DNA of 64,000 bases from Alphaproteobacteria bacterium (GTDB taxonomy: Bacteria; Pseudomonadota; Alphaproteobacteria; Micavibrionales; Micavibrionaceae): positions 86,534 to 150,533 of the forward strand of contig JASMHE010000010.1 in assembly GCA_030750865.1 (NCBI GenBank). Direction: 5' to 3'. A program made the position numbers and the translations under genes. Position 1 is the stretch's first letter. Each line of letters begins with the position of its first letter. The notes below the pieces were generated by a model, which searched no databases, was not told the DNA's origin, and saw nothing but the letters and a program-made list of their open reading frames with translations. Of the stretch, positions 37,992-47,440 are shown in pieces.

Positions 37992-39325
37992 GCGGATTTC
38001 TTTTCACGCAACGGCGCTATCGTCATGTCGGGCTTGCCGAACAGATAGCCTTGTCCGTAATCCAGCGACAAATCATGCAGTTTGCGTAAATCCTCTTCGG
38101 CTTCGATCTTCTCGACGATCAGGTCGATGCCGCTCTGGTTCAGATGTGTTTTCAGGGACACTAATCTGCGGATGCCGTGTTGTGTTTGCATTTCGCGCAA
38201 CATCCACAGCGAGTCCATTTTGATAAAGCGGATGCCGCATTTGCGCAGAAAATCAATATTGATTTCCGTGGAGTGAAGTCTGTCCATTGAGAAGCGGCAG
38301 CCGATTTTTCCAAGTCCTTTGACAATGGCCAGTGTGCCATCCGACAGTGTTTCATAAGCGCTTTGCGGCATTTCGAAGATCAGTTGCCGTGCCACTTCTT
38401 TGCGATAGGTCAGAAAAGACAGTAAATCCGCCATAAAGTTACGGTCGCGCAAGGCTGTCGGCGAGATGTTCAGGATATAGCCGCTTTGATCGTGCGGGTC
38501 TTTTTCAATCCGTTTTTTGATCAGCTTAACCGCATTAAACAGCATGATGTTATCAATGGCCGCAAGCTGTTTATCGTCTTCGATATGTTTCAGGAAATGC
38601 GCGGCAGGCATATAAACGCCGGGGGAAATACGGATACGGCTATAGACTTCGTACAGCGAAGACTGGCGCATCGGCAGTTTGACAACAGGCTGCATGAAAA
38701 GCTGCGTGCGTCCGGCACGAACGGCCTCGCGTAATTTCCGTTGTATGGTGCGTGCATCATATTGCGTGAAATCAAGGCCGAGTTCTTTGTCCAGATCATT
38801 GGCGGCTTTGGCAACACGTTTTTGCGGGCGGATTTCCAGTTTCAGGATATTACCGCCATACTGTGCGGGCATATTGTTTTTGTCTGCACTGTCCAGAGCG
38901 CTTAGGCTGTTTTTAACGGCCAGTATTCTTTGATTTTCGCTGAGGCGGATACCCGGAGATTCTTCGATAACGGCGTTCAGGCCGTCTTTCAGTACGTTCA
39001 CGCCATAGCGGTGGCGCGCCACTTCGTGCACAATTTTATTGTGGCTGTGTTCCAGCCTTTTATACCGTTCGGACAGGTCGTCAATTACACGACGCCGTTT
39101 GATGATGTCGTAAATGAATGCGCCGCACGCCACGGCAAGCATGGCTGTCATGACCAGTGTATCAAGGCTGAGATGCTGCAAAACCGCCATGTACAGGGCA
39201 AATGTACCGGCCACAATAATGAATGCCATTGTGACAAAACGGGCCGTATCAAGCGTGCCGTCACGGAATCGTTGATAGCCGCCGGAAAATGAGTCGCGAA
39301 TAATTTGGCCCAATGTCCTTGTCAT
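37988..39325 (-). CDS. Membrane-anchored EAL-domain protein with a partly degenerate active site
   Basis: 445 aa with two N-terminal TM helices and a C-terminal EAL fold. It reads E-V-Y for E-A-L, has NIS, FEMPQ for E-x-T-E, MDRL for DDFG, IKMD, VEKIE and GQGYLFGKP. Confidence 0.8.
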   Translation of the reverse strand: MTRTLGQIIRDSFSGGYQRFRDGTLDTARFVTMAFIIVAGTFALYMAVLQHLSLDTLVMTAMLAVACGAFIYDIIKRRRVIDDLSERYKRLEHSHNKIVHEVARHRYGVNVLKDGLNAVIEESPGIRLSENQRILAVKNSLSALDSADKNNMPAQYGGNILKLEIRPQKRVAKAANDLDKELGLDFTQYDARTIQRKLREAVRAGRTQLFMQPVVKLPMRQSSLYEVYSRIRISPGVYMPAAHFLKHIEDDKQLAAIDNIMLFNAVKLIKKRIEKDPHDQSGYILNISPTALRDRNFMADLLSFLTYRKEVARQLIFEMPQSAYETLSDGTLAIVKGLGKIGCRFSMDRLHSTEINIDFLRKCGIRFIKMDSLWMLREMQTQHGIRRLVSLKTHLNQSGIDLIVEKIEAEEDLRKLHDLSLDYGQGYLFGKPDMTIAPLREKKSA

Positions 39326-39464
39326 GGATTATGCTTCTTTTTCATTCTGAATAAGACACTTATAGCACAAAATTCACAAGCAAGACAATCGCGCTTTGCG
39401 AAGTTTCGCGTTGATCCACAGCCTGTTGCAGGCAGTCTTATGCTGGGGTTTTATGTGTGATGGC

Positions 39465-40535
39465 TTATTCTTGCCCGACGGCGTCAGCGATACTGCTATA
39501 CCCATCGCGTGCCAGGCATGCCAGCAAGTCCTTGTTGATTTGCGCGGGCAGGGACGGGCCTTCGTAAATCAGGGCGGAATATAACTGCACCAATGTTGCG
39601 CCGGCCTTGATCTTTTCATAAGCATCGTCCGCGTTTGAAATACCGCCGCAGCCGATGATCGGAATTTGTCCGTTGGTGGCGGCGTAAAATTTGCGGATGG
39701 TTTGTGTTGCTTTATCTTTGACGGGCGCGCCGCTGAGGCCGCCGGTTTGATTGCGGAAGGTGTCCGGTAGATCGGCAGGGCGGTCCAGCGTTGTATTGGT
39801 CAGGATGATGCCGTCAATACCGGATTCCAGCAGTGTTTGTGCAATATCCTGTATTTGCGTGTCGTCCAGATCGGGGGCGAGTTTGACAAAAAGCGGCGGA
39901 TTGTTGTTGCCGCGGCTTTTTTCTTTTTGTGCCTGAATAGATGTGATCAGGGCCAGTAAATTTTCTTTCTTCTGCAAATCACGCAGTCCCGGTGTATTGG
40001 GGGATGATATGTTGATTGTCAGATAATCGGCTTCGGACGCCAGTTTTTCTATCAGGAAATTGTAATCTTTTTCAGGGGCTTGCTGATCTTTGTTCATGCC
40101 AATATTCAGGCCTGTGATAATATCCTGTTCAGCACTTTTTTCTGCTTTATAGCGTTTGAAGTTTTTGTAGAAATAATCAAACCCTTTGTTCGGAAACCCC
40201 ATGCGGTTAATCACGGCGCGATGGGCAGGGCATCGGAAGATACGTGGTTTCGGGTTGCCGTCCTGCGGTTTCGGGGTGACCGTGCCGACCTCGATAAAGC
40301 CAAACCCCAGTTTGCCCATTGGGGCGATGACCTCGGCATTTTTGTCGAATCCGGCAGCTAAGCCCACGGGGCTTTTGAATGTTTTTCCCCACAGTGTTTG
40401 GGATAATGCCGCGTTCTGTTTTGATTGACAGGTCGGCAGCGGAAAGATTTTGAGTAGTTTGAGTGTCAAGTTATGGGCTGTTTCGGCCGGAAGCAGGAAA
40501 ACCAGTGGGCGTGCGATTTTATACAAGCATATCAT
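39465..40535 (-). CDS. pyrD: Dihydroorotate dehydrogenase (quinone), class 2
   Basis: 356 aa with the class-2 N-terminal membrane-association helices. GLAAGFDKN, EVGTVTP, NISSPNTPGLR and GCGGI are present. Confidence 0.95.
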   Translation of the reverse strand: MICLYKIARPLVFLLPAETAHNLTLKLLKIFPLPTCQSKQNAALSQTLWGKTFKSPVGLAAGFDKNAEVIAPMGKLGFGFIEVGTVTPKPQDGNPKPRIFRCPAHRAVINRMGFPNKGFDYFYKNFKRYKAEKSAEQDIITGLNIGMNKDQQAPEKDYNFLIEKLASEADYLTINISSPNTPGLRDLQKKENLLALITSIQAQKEKSRGNNNPPLFVKLAPDLDDTQIQDIAQTLLESGIDGIILTNTTLDRPADLPDTFRNQTGGLSGAPVKDKATQTIRKFYAATNGQIPIIGCGGISNADDAYEKIKAGATLVQLYSALIYEGPSLPAQINKDLLACLARDGYSSIADAVGQE

Positions 40536-40541
40536 GGCGCG

Positions 40542-41084
40542 TTATTGATCCATATGTTTGAAGCCGGTGGTCAGATAGGCCCAGCCCGTTTGTACGGTCA
40601 GAACAGCCGCAACGACAAGGGCGATTAACCCGCTGATGGCGGCGAGGGTGTAATATGGCGCAAGGATCAGCAGACCCATCGCAACCATCTGTACCGTTGT
40701 TTTCCATTTGGCCAGTTTCGTCACGGGCAGCTTAATGTTTTTCGGGCCAAGAAATTCGCGCATGCCGGACACCAGAAATTCACGAATCAGAATGATCAGC
40801 AGCGGGATCACCCAAATGCCTTGTACATGGTCGGCAGCGACCAGCATTAAGGTGATGACAACGACGAAAATTTTATCAGATATTGGGTCAATAAATGTGC
40901 CGAACTCTGTGATTTGATTATATTTTCTGGCGACCCATCCATCAAGAAAATCGGTGATGGCTCCGATGGCATAAAGGGTCAGGCAGGCAAAGGCCGCCCA
41001 CTTTGCCGGGATGAAAAACAGCACGACAATAAAGGGCAGCAGAACCAGCCGCGCCAACGTCAATATGTTTGCAAGATTCATCAT
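40542..41084 (-). CDS. pgsA: CDP-diacylglycerol--glycerol-3-phosphate 3-phosphatidyltransferase
   Basis: 180 aa. The CDP-alcohol phosphotransferase motif is D-G-x2-A-R-x8-G-x3-D-x3-D (DFLDGWVARKYNQITEFGTFIDPISD). Confidence 0.93.
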   Translation of the reverse strand: MMNLANILTLARLVLLPFIVVLFFIPAKWAAFACLTLYAIGAITDFLDGWVARKYNQITEFGTFIDPISDKIFVVVITLMLVAADHVQGIWVIPLLIILIREFLVSGMREFLGPKNIKLPVTKLAKWKTTVQMVAMGLLILAPYYTLAAISGLIALVVAAVLTVQTGWAYLTTGFKHMDQ

Positions 41085-41150
41085 GGCTTTGTTTTAGGGG
41101 ATTGACCGTGCGTTGACAAGCCGAATTCGTCTGTCCGGTTAAATGCCCAC

Positions 41151-41180
41151 AAAAAAAGCCCGTATCGTAACGGGCTTTTT
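41151..41180 (-). terminator. Rho-independent terminator downstream of ctrA
   Basis: AAAAAAAGCCCGT (41151-41163), a loop, then ACGGGCTTTTT (41170-41180). On the minus strand the stem is followed by a run of seven T. Confidence 0.7.
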
Positions 41181-41243
41181 AAATTCGTTTTGGATGTGTT
41201 GCGCGCTTGGTGCGCTGACGCGTAAAGGCAGGTTAGGTTGTCA

Positions 41244-41945
41244 CTAGCCTTGTGCCGCGTTTTGCTCTTCCTGCGGGTTGCGCAGAACATAACCGCGTCC
41301 CCAGACAGTTTCGATGTAGTTATCACCGCCTGTAGCATCCTGAATTTTTTTGCGCAGTTTGCAGATGAACACGTCAATGATTTTGACTTCCGGCTCATCC
41401 ATGCCGCCGTAAAGATGGTTCAGGAACATTTCTTTTGTCAGTGTTGATCCTTTGCGCAGGGACAGCAGTTCAAGAATGCCGTATTCTTTGCCTGTCAGGT
41501 GCAATGGCTTTCCGGCTACTTCAACCGTGCGGGAATCAAGATTGACTTTCACATCGCCTGTTTCGATGATGCTTTGCGCATGCCCTTGTGAGCGGCGGAC
41601 GATGGCTTGTACCCGTGCGATCAATTCGCGTTTGTCGAATGGTTTTGTCAGATAGTCATCTGCGCCGAAGCCAAGACCCTTGATCTTGTTATCCAGTTCG
41701 GCAAGGCCGGACAGGATCAAAATCGGTGTTTCGACCTTTGCAGCCCGCAGGCTTTTCAATACATCATAGCCATCCATATCAGGCAGCATCAAATCCAGAA
41801 TGATGATGTCGTAGTCGTAAATTTTACCGATTTCCAGACCATCTTCGCCCAAATCGGTGGCGTCAACGATGTAGCCTTCCGATTTCAGCATCATTTCAAT
41901 GCTTTTTGCTGTTGATGTATCGTCTTCAACTAATAGAACACGCAT
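41244..41945 (-). CDS. ctrA: Cell-cycle master response regulator CtrA (OmpR family)
   Basis: [25 protein letters not shown]...[15 protein letters not shown]...[26 protein letters not shown]...[52 protein letters not shown]. This is a very close match to the CtrA family as I remember it. The start was set to 41945. Confidence 0.93.
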   Translation of the reverse strand: MRVLLVEDDTSTAKSIEMMLKSEGYIVDATDLGEDGLEIGKIYDYDIIILDLMLPDMDGYDVLKSLRAAKVETPILILSGLAELDNKIKGLGFGADDYLTKPFDKRELIARVQAIVRRSQGHAQSIIETGDVKVNLDSRTVEVAGKPLHLTGKEYGILELLSLRKGSTLTKEMFLNHLYGGMDEPEVKIIDVFICKLRKKIQDATGGDNYIETVWGRGYVLRNPQEEQNAAQG

Positions 41946-42012
41946 GATATTCATCCCCAATCACGTTAAAAATTCAAAGAACAAAGCGTTTAAAATGTCG
42001 ATTCGCTTCGCG

Positions 42013-42049
42013 TTAACCTTTATTAATATATTAACAAAGATTAACAAAG
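42013..42049. promoter_or_regulatory. Cluster of TTAA half-sites, including a tandem TTAACAAAG repeat, upstream of ctrA
   Basis: TTAA occurs at 42013, 42023, 42031 and 42041. TTAACAAAG lies at 42031-42039 and again at 42041-42049, one helical turn apart. Start-to-start spacings are 10/8/10, not the canonical 11 of TTAA-N7-TTAA. A GATTC (GANTC) site lies at 42000-42004. Confidence 0.4.
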
Positions 42050-42058
42050 TCCACAAAT

Positions 42059-42102
42059 TCTTTTTATTTCAATAGGAAAAAACACCTTTTTTATGTAATT
42101 TT
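42059..42102. promoter_or_regulatory. Second copy of the bipartite AT-rich element (ctrA-fliI intergenic)
   Basis: TCTTTTTATTTCAAT (42059-42073) and TTTTATGTAATTTT (42089-42102) are identical to 6699-6713 and 6731-6744. The element starts 114 nt upstream of the ctrA start and ends 95 nt upstream of the fliI ATG at 42197. Confidence 0.5.
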
Positions 42103-42196
42103 GTACTTTTTATAGCGCGAAATCATGTTATTTTTCGTTTTTGAAAGGCTTTTTAGGCAGTTTTTCTTCATAAAATTCTGCTATAATGGACAAATC

Positions 42197-43624
42197 ATGA
42201 CGCGTATCGCAGACAAAGTACTCGGATCGGTTTCTACAATGAAAACACACGAAATTTATGGTCGTGTGACCAAAGTGCTTGGTTTAATGGTAGAAATTGC
42301 CGGATTCGGCGATCATTTATCCATCGGGTCACATGTGACAATTCGCCCGACCGAGGGGCGGGATATTCCCTGTGAAGTTGTTGGTTTCAAGGATGAGCGC
42401 GCGCTTTTATTGCCGTTTGGTACGCTAGAAGGAATCAGTCTCGGTGCGCCTGCGATTATTCAGGAAACGCGTCCTGAAATTCACCCGACTGACGAATGGC
42501 TCGGGCGTGTCATTAACGCGCTTGGTGATCCGGTTGACGGCAATGGGCCGCTTGATAAGGGGGATGTGCATGTGCCGCTGCGCAATGTACCGCCGCCTGC
42601 GCATAACAGACAACGGATGGGAACGCAGCTTGATCTCGGCGTGCGTGCGATGAATAGTTTTCTTGCGACATGTCAGGGGCAACGGATGGGGATTTTCTCG
42701 GGCTCTGGTGTTGGTAAATCCGTGCTGTTGTCGATGATGGCCCGCTATACCGAGGCCGAGGTTGCTGTGATCGGTCTGGTCGGTGAACGTGGCCGTGAGG
42801 TACAGGAATTTCTGGAAGATGATCTGGGCGAAGATGGTTTGCGCCGTTCTGTGGTGGTTGTGGCTACGGGGGATGAGCCCGCTTTGATGCGGCGGCAGGC
42901 CGCTTATATGACGATGGCCATTGCCGAACATTTCAGGGCGCAGGGCAAAAAAGTTTTATGTTTGATCGATTCATTGACGCGCTTTGCGATGGCGCAGCGC
43001 GAAATTGGCCTCTCTGTCGGGGAGCCGCCGACCTCGAAAGGCTATCCGCCGACCACCTTCGGCGAGCTTGCACGTTTGTTGGAGCGTGCCGGACCGGGCG
43101 CGCCGGGCGAGGGGTCTATCACAGGACTGTTTTCGGTACTGGTCGAAGGTGATGATCATAACGAACCGATTTCGGATGCCGTGCGCGGTATTGTTGACGG
43201 TCACATCGTGATGGACCGTTCGATTGCCGATCGCGGGCGTTATCCGGCGATTGATGTGCTGAAGTCTGTTTCACGTTCGATGCCGGGGGCGGTATCACCC
43301 GAACGCAACCAGATTTTGAAAAAGGCCAAGCAGATCATTACCAGCTATGAAAATATGGAGGAATTGATCCGTCTGGGCGCATATCGCAAGGGCAGTGACC
43401 CTGTGGTTGATGAAGCGATAAAGATTTATCCGCAACTGGAAGAATTCTTATCACAGGACAAGGATGACAGAACATCGATCGACGACACATTTGACCGTCT
43501 GGCGGAAATCGTCGGGGGCGCATCCGGCAATAAGGCGCGCGGAAACGATCAGGCGCGTGACCGCCGTCAGTTCCAGAGTATGGGGCAGCAACCGACAGGT
43601 GGGCAGACCGAGGGTGATGCGTAA
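42197..43624 (+). CDS. fliI: Flagellum-specific ATPase FliI
   Basis: Walker A is GSGVGKS and Walker B is LCLIDSLTRFA, with an F1-ATPase beta-like fold. The start is ambiguous (42125 in the track; I prefer 42197; 42239 is also possible). Confidence 0.95.
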   Translation: MTRIADKVLGSVSTMKTHEIYGRVTKVLGLMVEIAGFGDHLSIGSHVTIRPTEGRDIPCEVVGFKDERALLLPFGTLEGISLGAPAIIQETRPEIHPTDEWLGRVINALGDPVDGNGPLDKGDVHVPLRNVPPPAHNRQRMGTQLDLGVRAMNSFLATCQGQRMGIFSGSGVGKSVLLSMMARYTEAEVAVIGLVGERGREVQEFLEDDLGEDGLRRSVVVVATGDEPALMRRQAAYMTMAIAEHFRAQGKKVLCLIDSLTRFAMAQREIGLSVGEPPTSKGYPPTTFGELARLLERAGPGAPGEGSITGLFSVLVEGDDHNEPISDAVRGIVDGHIVMDRSIADRGRYPAIDVLKSVSRSMPGAVSPERNQILKKAKQIITSYENMEELIRLGAYRKGSDPVVDEAIKIYPQLEEFLSQDKDDRTSIDDTFDRLAEIVGGASGNKARGNDQARDRRQFQSMGQQPTGGQTEGDA

Positions 43625-44061
43625 TGGCGGACCTTGAATCGCTTATCAAATACAGAAAGCACATTGTTGACGAAAAACAGCGCGTTTTGTCGCAACTGTA
43701 CCGCGAAGCTGAACAGATTGAACAAAGAAAGCGCGATATTCTGGATCAAATCGAAAAGGAAAAAGCCTTTGCCGCAAAAGAGTCCGGTTCTGCGGTCGCG
43801 ACGGCGCTTGCGGCTTATCTTGATAGTGCGCGCAAAGATATTGCGCGGCTTGATGTCATGTTGCAAAAAATGGAAAAACGCATTGCCGATGCGCAGGAAG
43901 ATATGCGGGCGGCTTTTGCCGAACAAAAGAAAATCGAAATCGTACAGCGAGAACGGCTGGCTGAAGAAGAAGCGGAGATAAAAAAGAAAGAAGGGGAGGC
44001 GTTTGATGAAATTGCGATCGAGGGCTTCCGCCGCCGTCAGGAAGAAGAAGAGACGTCCTAG
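43624..44061 (+). CDS. fliJ: Flagellar export protein FliJ-like coiled-coil protein
   Basis: 145 aa and entirely helical and charged. The start overlaps the fliI stop (TAATG). The position directly after fliI is canonical for fliJ. Confidence 0.7.
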   Translation: MADLESLIKYRKHIVDEKQRVLSQLYREAEQIEQRKRDILDQIEKEKAFAAKESGSAVATALAAYLDSARKDIARLDVMLQKMEKRIADAQEDMRAAFAEQKKIEIVQRERLAEEEAEIKKKEGEAFDEIAIEGFRRRQEEEETS

Positions 44062-46493
44062 CCTGAATAGCCGCCGCGCTGCACGGGCGCGTGACCGTCA
44101 AATTGTATAAATTGATCCGCTTTCCCCTGAAATGATAATTCCCCTGCCGCGCCGACAACTTCAAGCGCGTTTGTATAGGTTTGACGCATACGTTGCTGCA
44201 TGGGCGCGCTGAGCGGTTTTTGCGTGCGGACAATCAAATCCAGCTTGGCTTTATCTTGTTTGATCATGCGGTGATAGCCGTCTATTTGTACGGGCCCCAT
44301 GCGGTTTAACGATAAATCAAAAATGAAGCGTGTCATTTTGTTCTTGTCTTCTGTTTCGTCGTCATCATTATCGCCGCCATGCTCTTGCTTGTAATGCAGC
44401 ATAATATGTTGCAGATCCCCTTCGGCATGAAATGGCAGCGGTATGGTTTTCCAGTCGGGTGCGGCTTGATCTGTCGATAAACGGCCTGTGCTGCCGATAT
44501 CGCGTGTCAGGCGGCTGAGCAGGTCGGATTTACCTGCAGTTTTCAAAGACTCAATGGTTTTGTCGCCAAGCCATCCGCTGAGGTCGCCGGAGCGGATGAC
44601 GGCAATCATCAACAGAGCGGCGGCCGGAAGGCGCGCAGGCGTTGACGGATTTGGGGTGACTTGTGCCATATGCTGTGTGACGTGTGCGGCTAGCGTATTT
44701 TGCTGCAGCAATTGGTTCAACTCTTCAAGGGCGGGCCACTGGAAATTGGCCAGTTGCATCAGGGTTGGCGGCTGTGTAATGCCGGCCGGATTATTCACGG
44801 CCCCTGCATGCCCTGCGGATGTTGTGGCGCTATTTTGCTGCGCAAGTTCGATTTGCGCGCCCAGTGGCAGATTGTCAGCCGGAAATTGCAGCGCGTAAAA
44901 TGTCTGGCTTTCGACATCATACGGCAAGTAAAGCCCTTCGGGGTGAAAGGCAGACAGCGCGGGCGATGGCTGTTGGAAAGAAATAATAGGCAAGTTATTT
45001 TGCGTGCGTCCGACAATATGTGCGGTTTTTGTCTGCGCGGGATGATGTGCGTTTGTAACGGGGTGTTTTTGTTGCGCGGCGGGCCATTCAAAATGGCGGG
45101 GTGTGCCGTCTGCCGCGTTTGGTACAGTCGGTTGAAAGGCCGCTGTTTGCGGTCCTGCTGTCAATGGCTGGAATGTAATTTGTGTGTTATCAATGCGCGT
45201 AATTTGTGCATCAAAGCTTTTGTTTTCCGTGAAGGCGGCGTGTTGCGATACGCTTTGTGTTGTTGAAACAAGGGGGGCGTTTTGCGTGACGGGTGTTGCT
45301 GTCAGCGTTGCCGGAATTTGTGCCGCTGTCGGCAGTCGTGCGCGCTGGAAGAGTGTCGATGATTGCGGCTGTGATGCTGTGGTTTGCGGGGCTGTAAAGG
45401 CAACTGGGGCACTGTTGGTCGTGGCTGTGTGCGCAGTAGCTGTGATGAGGCTTGATTGTAGCGCCGGTGACGCTTGTGGCGCGGCAGAGACGAGGGTCGG
45501 CGCGTTTTGCTGTAAAACCGGTTGTGCCGTTGTGCCTGTGTAGAGAGGAAAACCGGCAGGTGTTTGTTGTGCCGCGATGGTGTGTCGTGTTGATCCGGTG
45601 GTGGTCAGCGTATGCTGTGCTGTCGTGCCTTTCTGTGTATTCGTTTGCGCGCCGTTTTGTTGTAGCGGTGCGGATGGATAGGGCACGGTTGTCAATTGCG
45701 GTATGCCGCCGTTACCGGCAAGTGCGGTAAGGGCGAGTTGTGTTGTTGTTATTGTTAATGTGTTCGTCAGCGTGCGCTGCGCGGTTGTTTTCGGGAGCGC
45801 TTCAGCTGTTGTGTCAGAGGCTGGTTGTCCGCCTGTTTTTGTGACGGCATGCAGCAAATTTTGATAGCGCGGTGTTTCCGTTTGGGCCGGACGCTGTAAA
45901 TAACGTTCGACGTCCTGATCGGATAGCGGAATGAAACGCACGATGGCTTTTTCGGTGATAGGCTGACGGATTTTTTGTGCCGCATCGGCCTTCAGATACA
46001 TATTTTCTTCGTTGATTTTGACCGAATTATCGGGCGCGATATATTGACTGTCCGGCTTTGGCGGTGGGGACGGCTGGTCGGCTTTTACCGATTTGTCTGT
46101 TTGGTTTGGCGCTTGTGTCTCGGTCGTTTGAGGAGAGAACGACGATGACGTTGCACGGTCAGGCGTTGCTTGTTTTGGCGTGATGTGTGTGTCACGGCCT
46201 TTTGATCCGTTCCGGATTTCGATCTCGACGGTATCGCCTTCTTTGATATGTTGTGTTTGTTGTTTGGGAAGGTGTACGGTGACATCGCCGCGCGCTGTTC
46301 TGATGCGGGTTGTGCCATCGCTTTGTGTGTCCACGACGCGGCCTTCCAGTTTGGTCGGGCGCTTGATCGTGTGTATGTCACCATTGGCTGTTTTTTCAAT
46401 ACGCGCACGCACGGCGCTGTCCGATTTGCGGCTGCTGGCGGCCGTCGGCTGTGGTATTTTCGGCGGTAACTGGGTTGATCCTGACTCGCTCAT
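44058..46493 (-). CDS. Large Thr/Gln/Ala/Pro-rich protein, candidate hook-length control protein (FliK-like)
   Basis: 811 aa, last gene of the flhA-flhF-flhG transcription direction. It has a long low-complexity centre. The C-terminal ~100 aa (MTRFIFDLSLNRMGPVQIDGYHRMIKQDKAKLDLIVRTQKPLSAPMQQRMRQTYTNALEVVG) follow the FliK C-terminal domain pattern. The coding call is firm; the family call is about 0.45. Confidence 0.5.
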   Translation of the reverse strand: MSESGSTQLPPKIPQPTAASSRKSDSAVRARIEKTANGDIHTIKRPTKLEGRVVDTQSDGTTRIRTARGDVTVHLPKQQTQHIKEGDTVEIEIRNGSKGRDTHITPKQATPDRATSSSFSPQTTETQAPNQTDKSVKADQPSPPPKPDSQYIAPDNSVKINEENMYLKADAAQKIRQPITEKAIVRFIPLSDQDVERYLQRPAQTETPRYQNLLHAVTKTGGQPASDTTAEALPKTTAQRTLTNTLTITTTQLALTALAGNGGIPQLTTVPYPSAPLQQNGAQTNTQKGTTAQHTLTTTGSTRHTIAAQQTPAGFPLYTGTTAQPVLQQNAPTLVSAAPQASPALQSSLITATAHTATTNSAPVAFTAPQTTASQPQSSTLFQRARLPTAAQIPATLTATPVTQNAPLVSTTQSVSQHAAFTENKSFDAQITRIDNTQITFQPLTAGPQTAAFQPTVPNAADGTPRHFEWPAAQQKHPVTNAHHPAQTKTAHIVGRTQNNLPIISFQQPSPALSAFHPEGLYLPYDVESQTFYALQFPADNLPLGAQIELAQQNSATTSAGHAGAVNNPAGITQPPTLMQLANFQWPALEELNQLLQQNTLAAHVTQHMAQVTPNPSTPARLPAAALLMIAVIRSGDLSGWLGDKTIESLKTAGKSDLLSRLTRDIGSTGRLSTDQAAPDWKTIPLPFHAEGDLQHIMLHYKQEHGGDNDDDETEDKNKMTRFIFDLSLNRMGPVQIDGYHRMIKQDKAKLDLIVRTQKPLSAPMQQRMRQTYTNALEVVGAAGELSFQGKADQFIQFDGHAPVQRGGYSG

Positions 46494-46570
46494 AACACGC
46501 TGATTATAGCATTGATCAGTCTATAAATCGTGAAGATTTTTGCGCAGATATGTTTTGTCGCGGTGCGCGC

Positions 46571-47440
46571 TTATGATGCGGCTTTCATCTTCTTTTGCTC
46601 TGCGATCAGCGCCTTAAGGGCGTAATCGGCGATTTTCTCAAGGTCGAGCGCCGCATCGCTGTTCGGGGAACGGATCAATAGCGGGGTCTGGTGGCGGATC
46701 GACTCTTTCACCCGCGGGTCAAGGCTAATCATACCGGCCAGTGGCGGCGATAAGCGCAAGAAGTTCTCGCAGGCTTTTAAAATCGTTTTGTATGTCTTTT
46801 CGCCTTCGGATTTTGATGGTGCCATATTCACAACGACGCTGACATTTTTGGACATGCCCGCCGCATTACCGAGTTTGATAAAGGCGTACGCATCGGTCAA
46901 TGACGTGGGTTCGTCTGTCGTGACGAGCAGTGTCTTTGTTGCAGAGGCAGACATCATGCGGACGGTGCGGTCCACGCCGGCGCCGAGGTCAATAAGGACA
47001 ATATCGTAATCTTCGGCAACTTCCAGAAGCTGATCGCGCAGCGAGGCCAGGCGCTGGCTTGGCAGGGCTGACAGCGAGGCTTGACCGGAACGGCCTGCGA
47101 TAATATCAAATCCGCCTGCATCATAGGTCTGGATGACTTTATCAAGGGCAAGGCGCCCGCGGATAACATCATTCAGGTCGCGCTTTGGCATCAGGCCAAG
47201 CTGTACGTCCACATTGGCAAGGCCGAGATCGCCGTCAAACAGCAGCACTTTTTTGCCGGTGCGTGCCAGCGCGTGTGATAAAGAAATCGAAAAGAATGTC
47301 TTGCCGACACCGCCTTTACCGCTGGCAACGGCAATGACATTCGTGCCGCGCTTGAAAGACGGGCTTTGCGGTGACGGCGCACCGCTTTTTGTTTTTTTAT
47401 CTTTGTTTGTTGCTGTTTCGGTCATATTTTCATCCTGCAT
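46571..47440 (-). CDS. flhG: MinD/ParA-type ATPase FlhG (FleN), flagellar number regulator
   Basis: Deviant Walker A is VASGKGGVGKT, followed by LFDGDLGLANVDV. It lies immediately downstream of flhF. An alternative start is at 47425. Confidence 0.85.
   Translation of the reverse strand: MQDENMTETATNKDKKTKSGAPSPQSPSFKRGTNVIAVASGKGGVGKTFFSISLSHALARTGKKVLLFDGDLGLANVDVQLGLMPKRDLNDVIRGRLALDKVIQTYDAGGFDIIAGRSGQASLSALPSQRLASLRDQLLEVAEDYDIVLIDLGAGVDRTVRMMSASATKTLLVTTDEPTSLTDAYAFIKLGNAAGMSKNVSVVVNMAPSKSEGEKTYKTILKACENFLRLSPPLAGMISLDPRVKESIRHQTPLLIRSPNSDAALDLEKIADYALKALIAEQKKMKAAS

Noticed and set aside
41960-42060. Canonical CtrA boxes (TTAA-N7-TTAA) upstream of ctrA and fliI
   Set aside because: I checked all TTAA start positions (41966, 41990, 42013, 42023, 42031, 42041) and no pair is 11 bp apart. 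Only non-canonical spacings were found, so I report half-sites rather than CtrA boxes.
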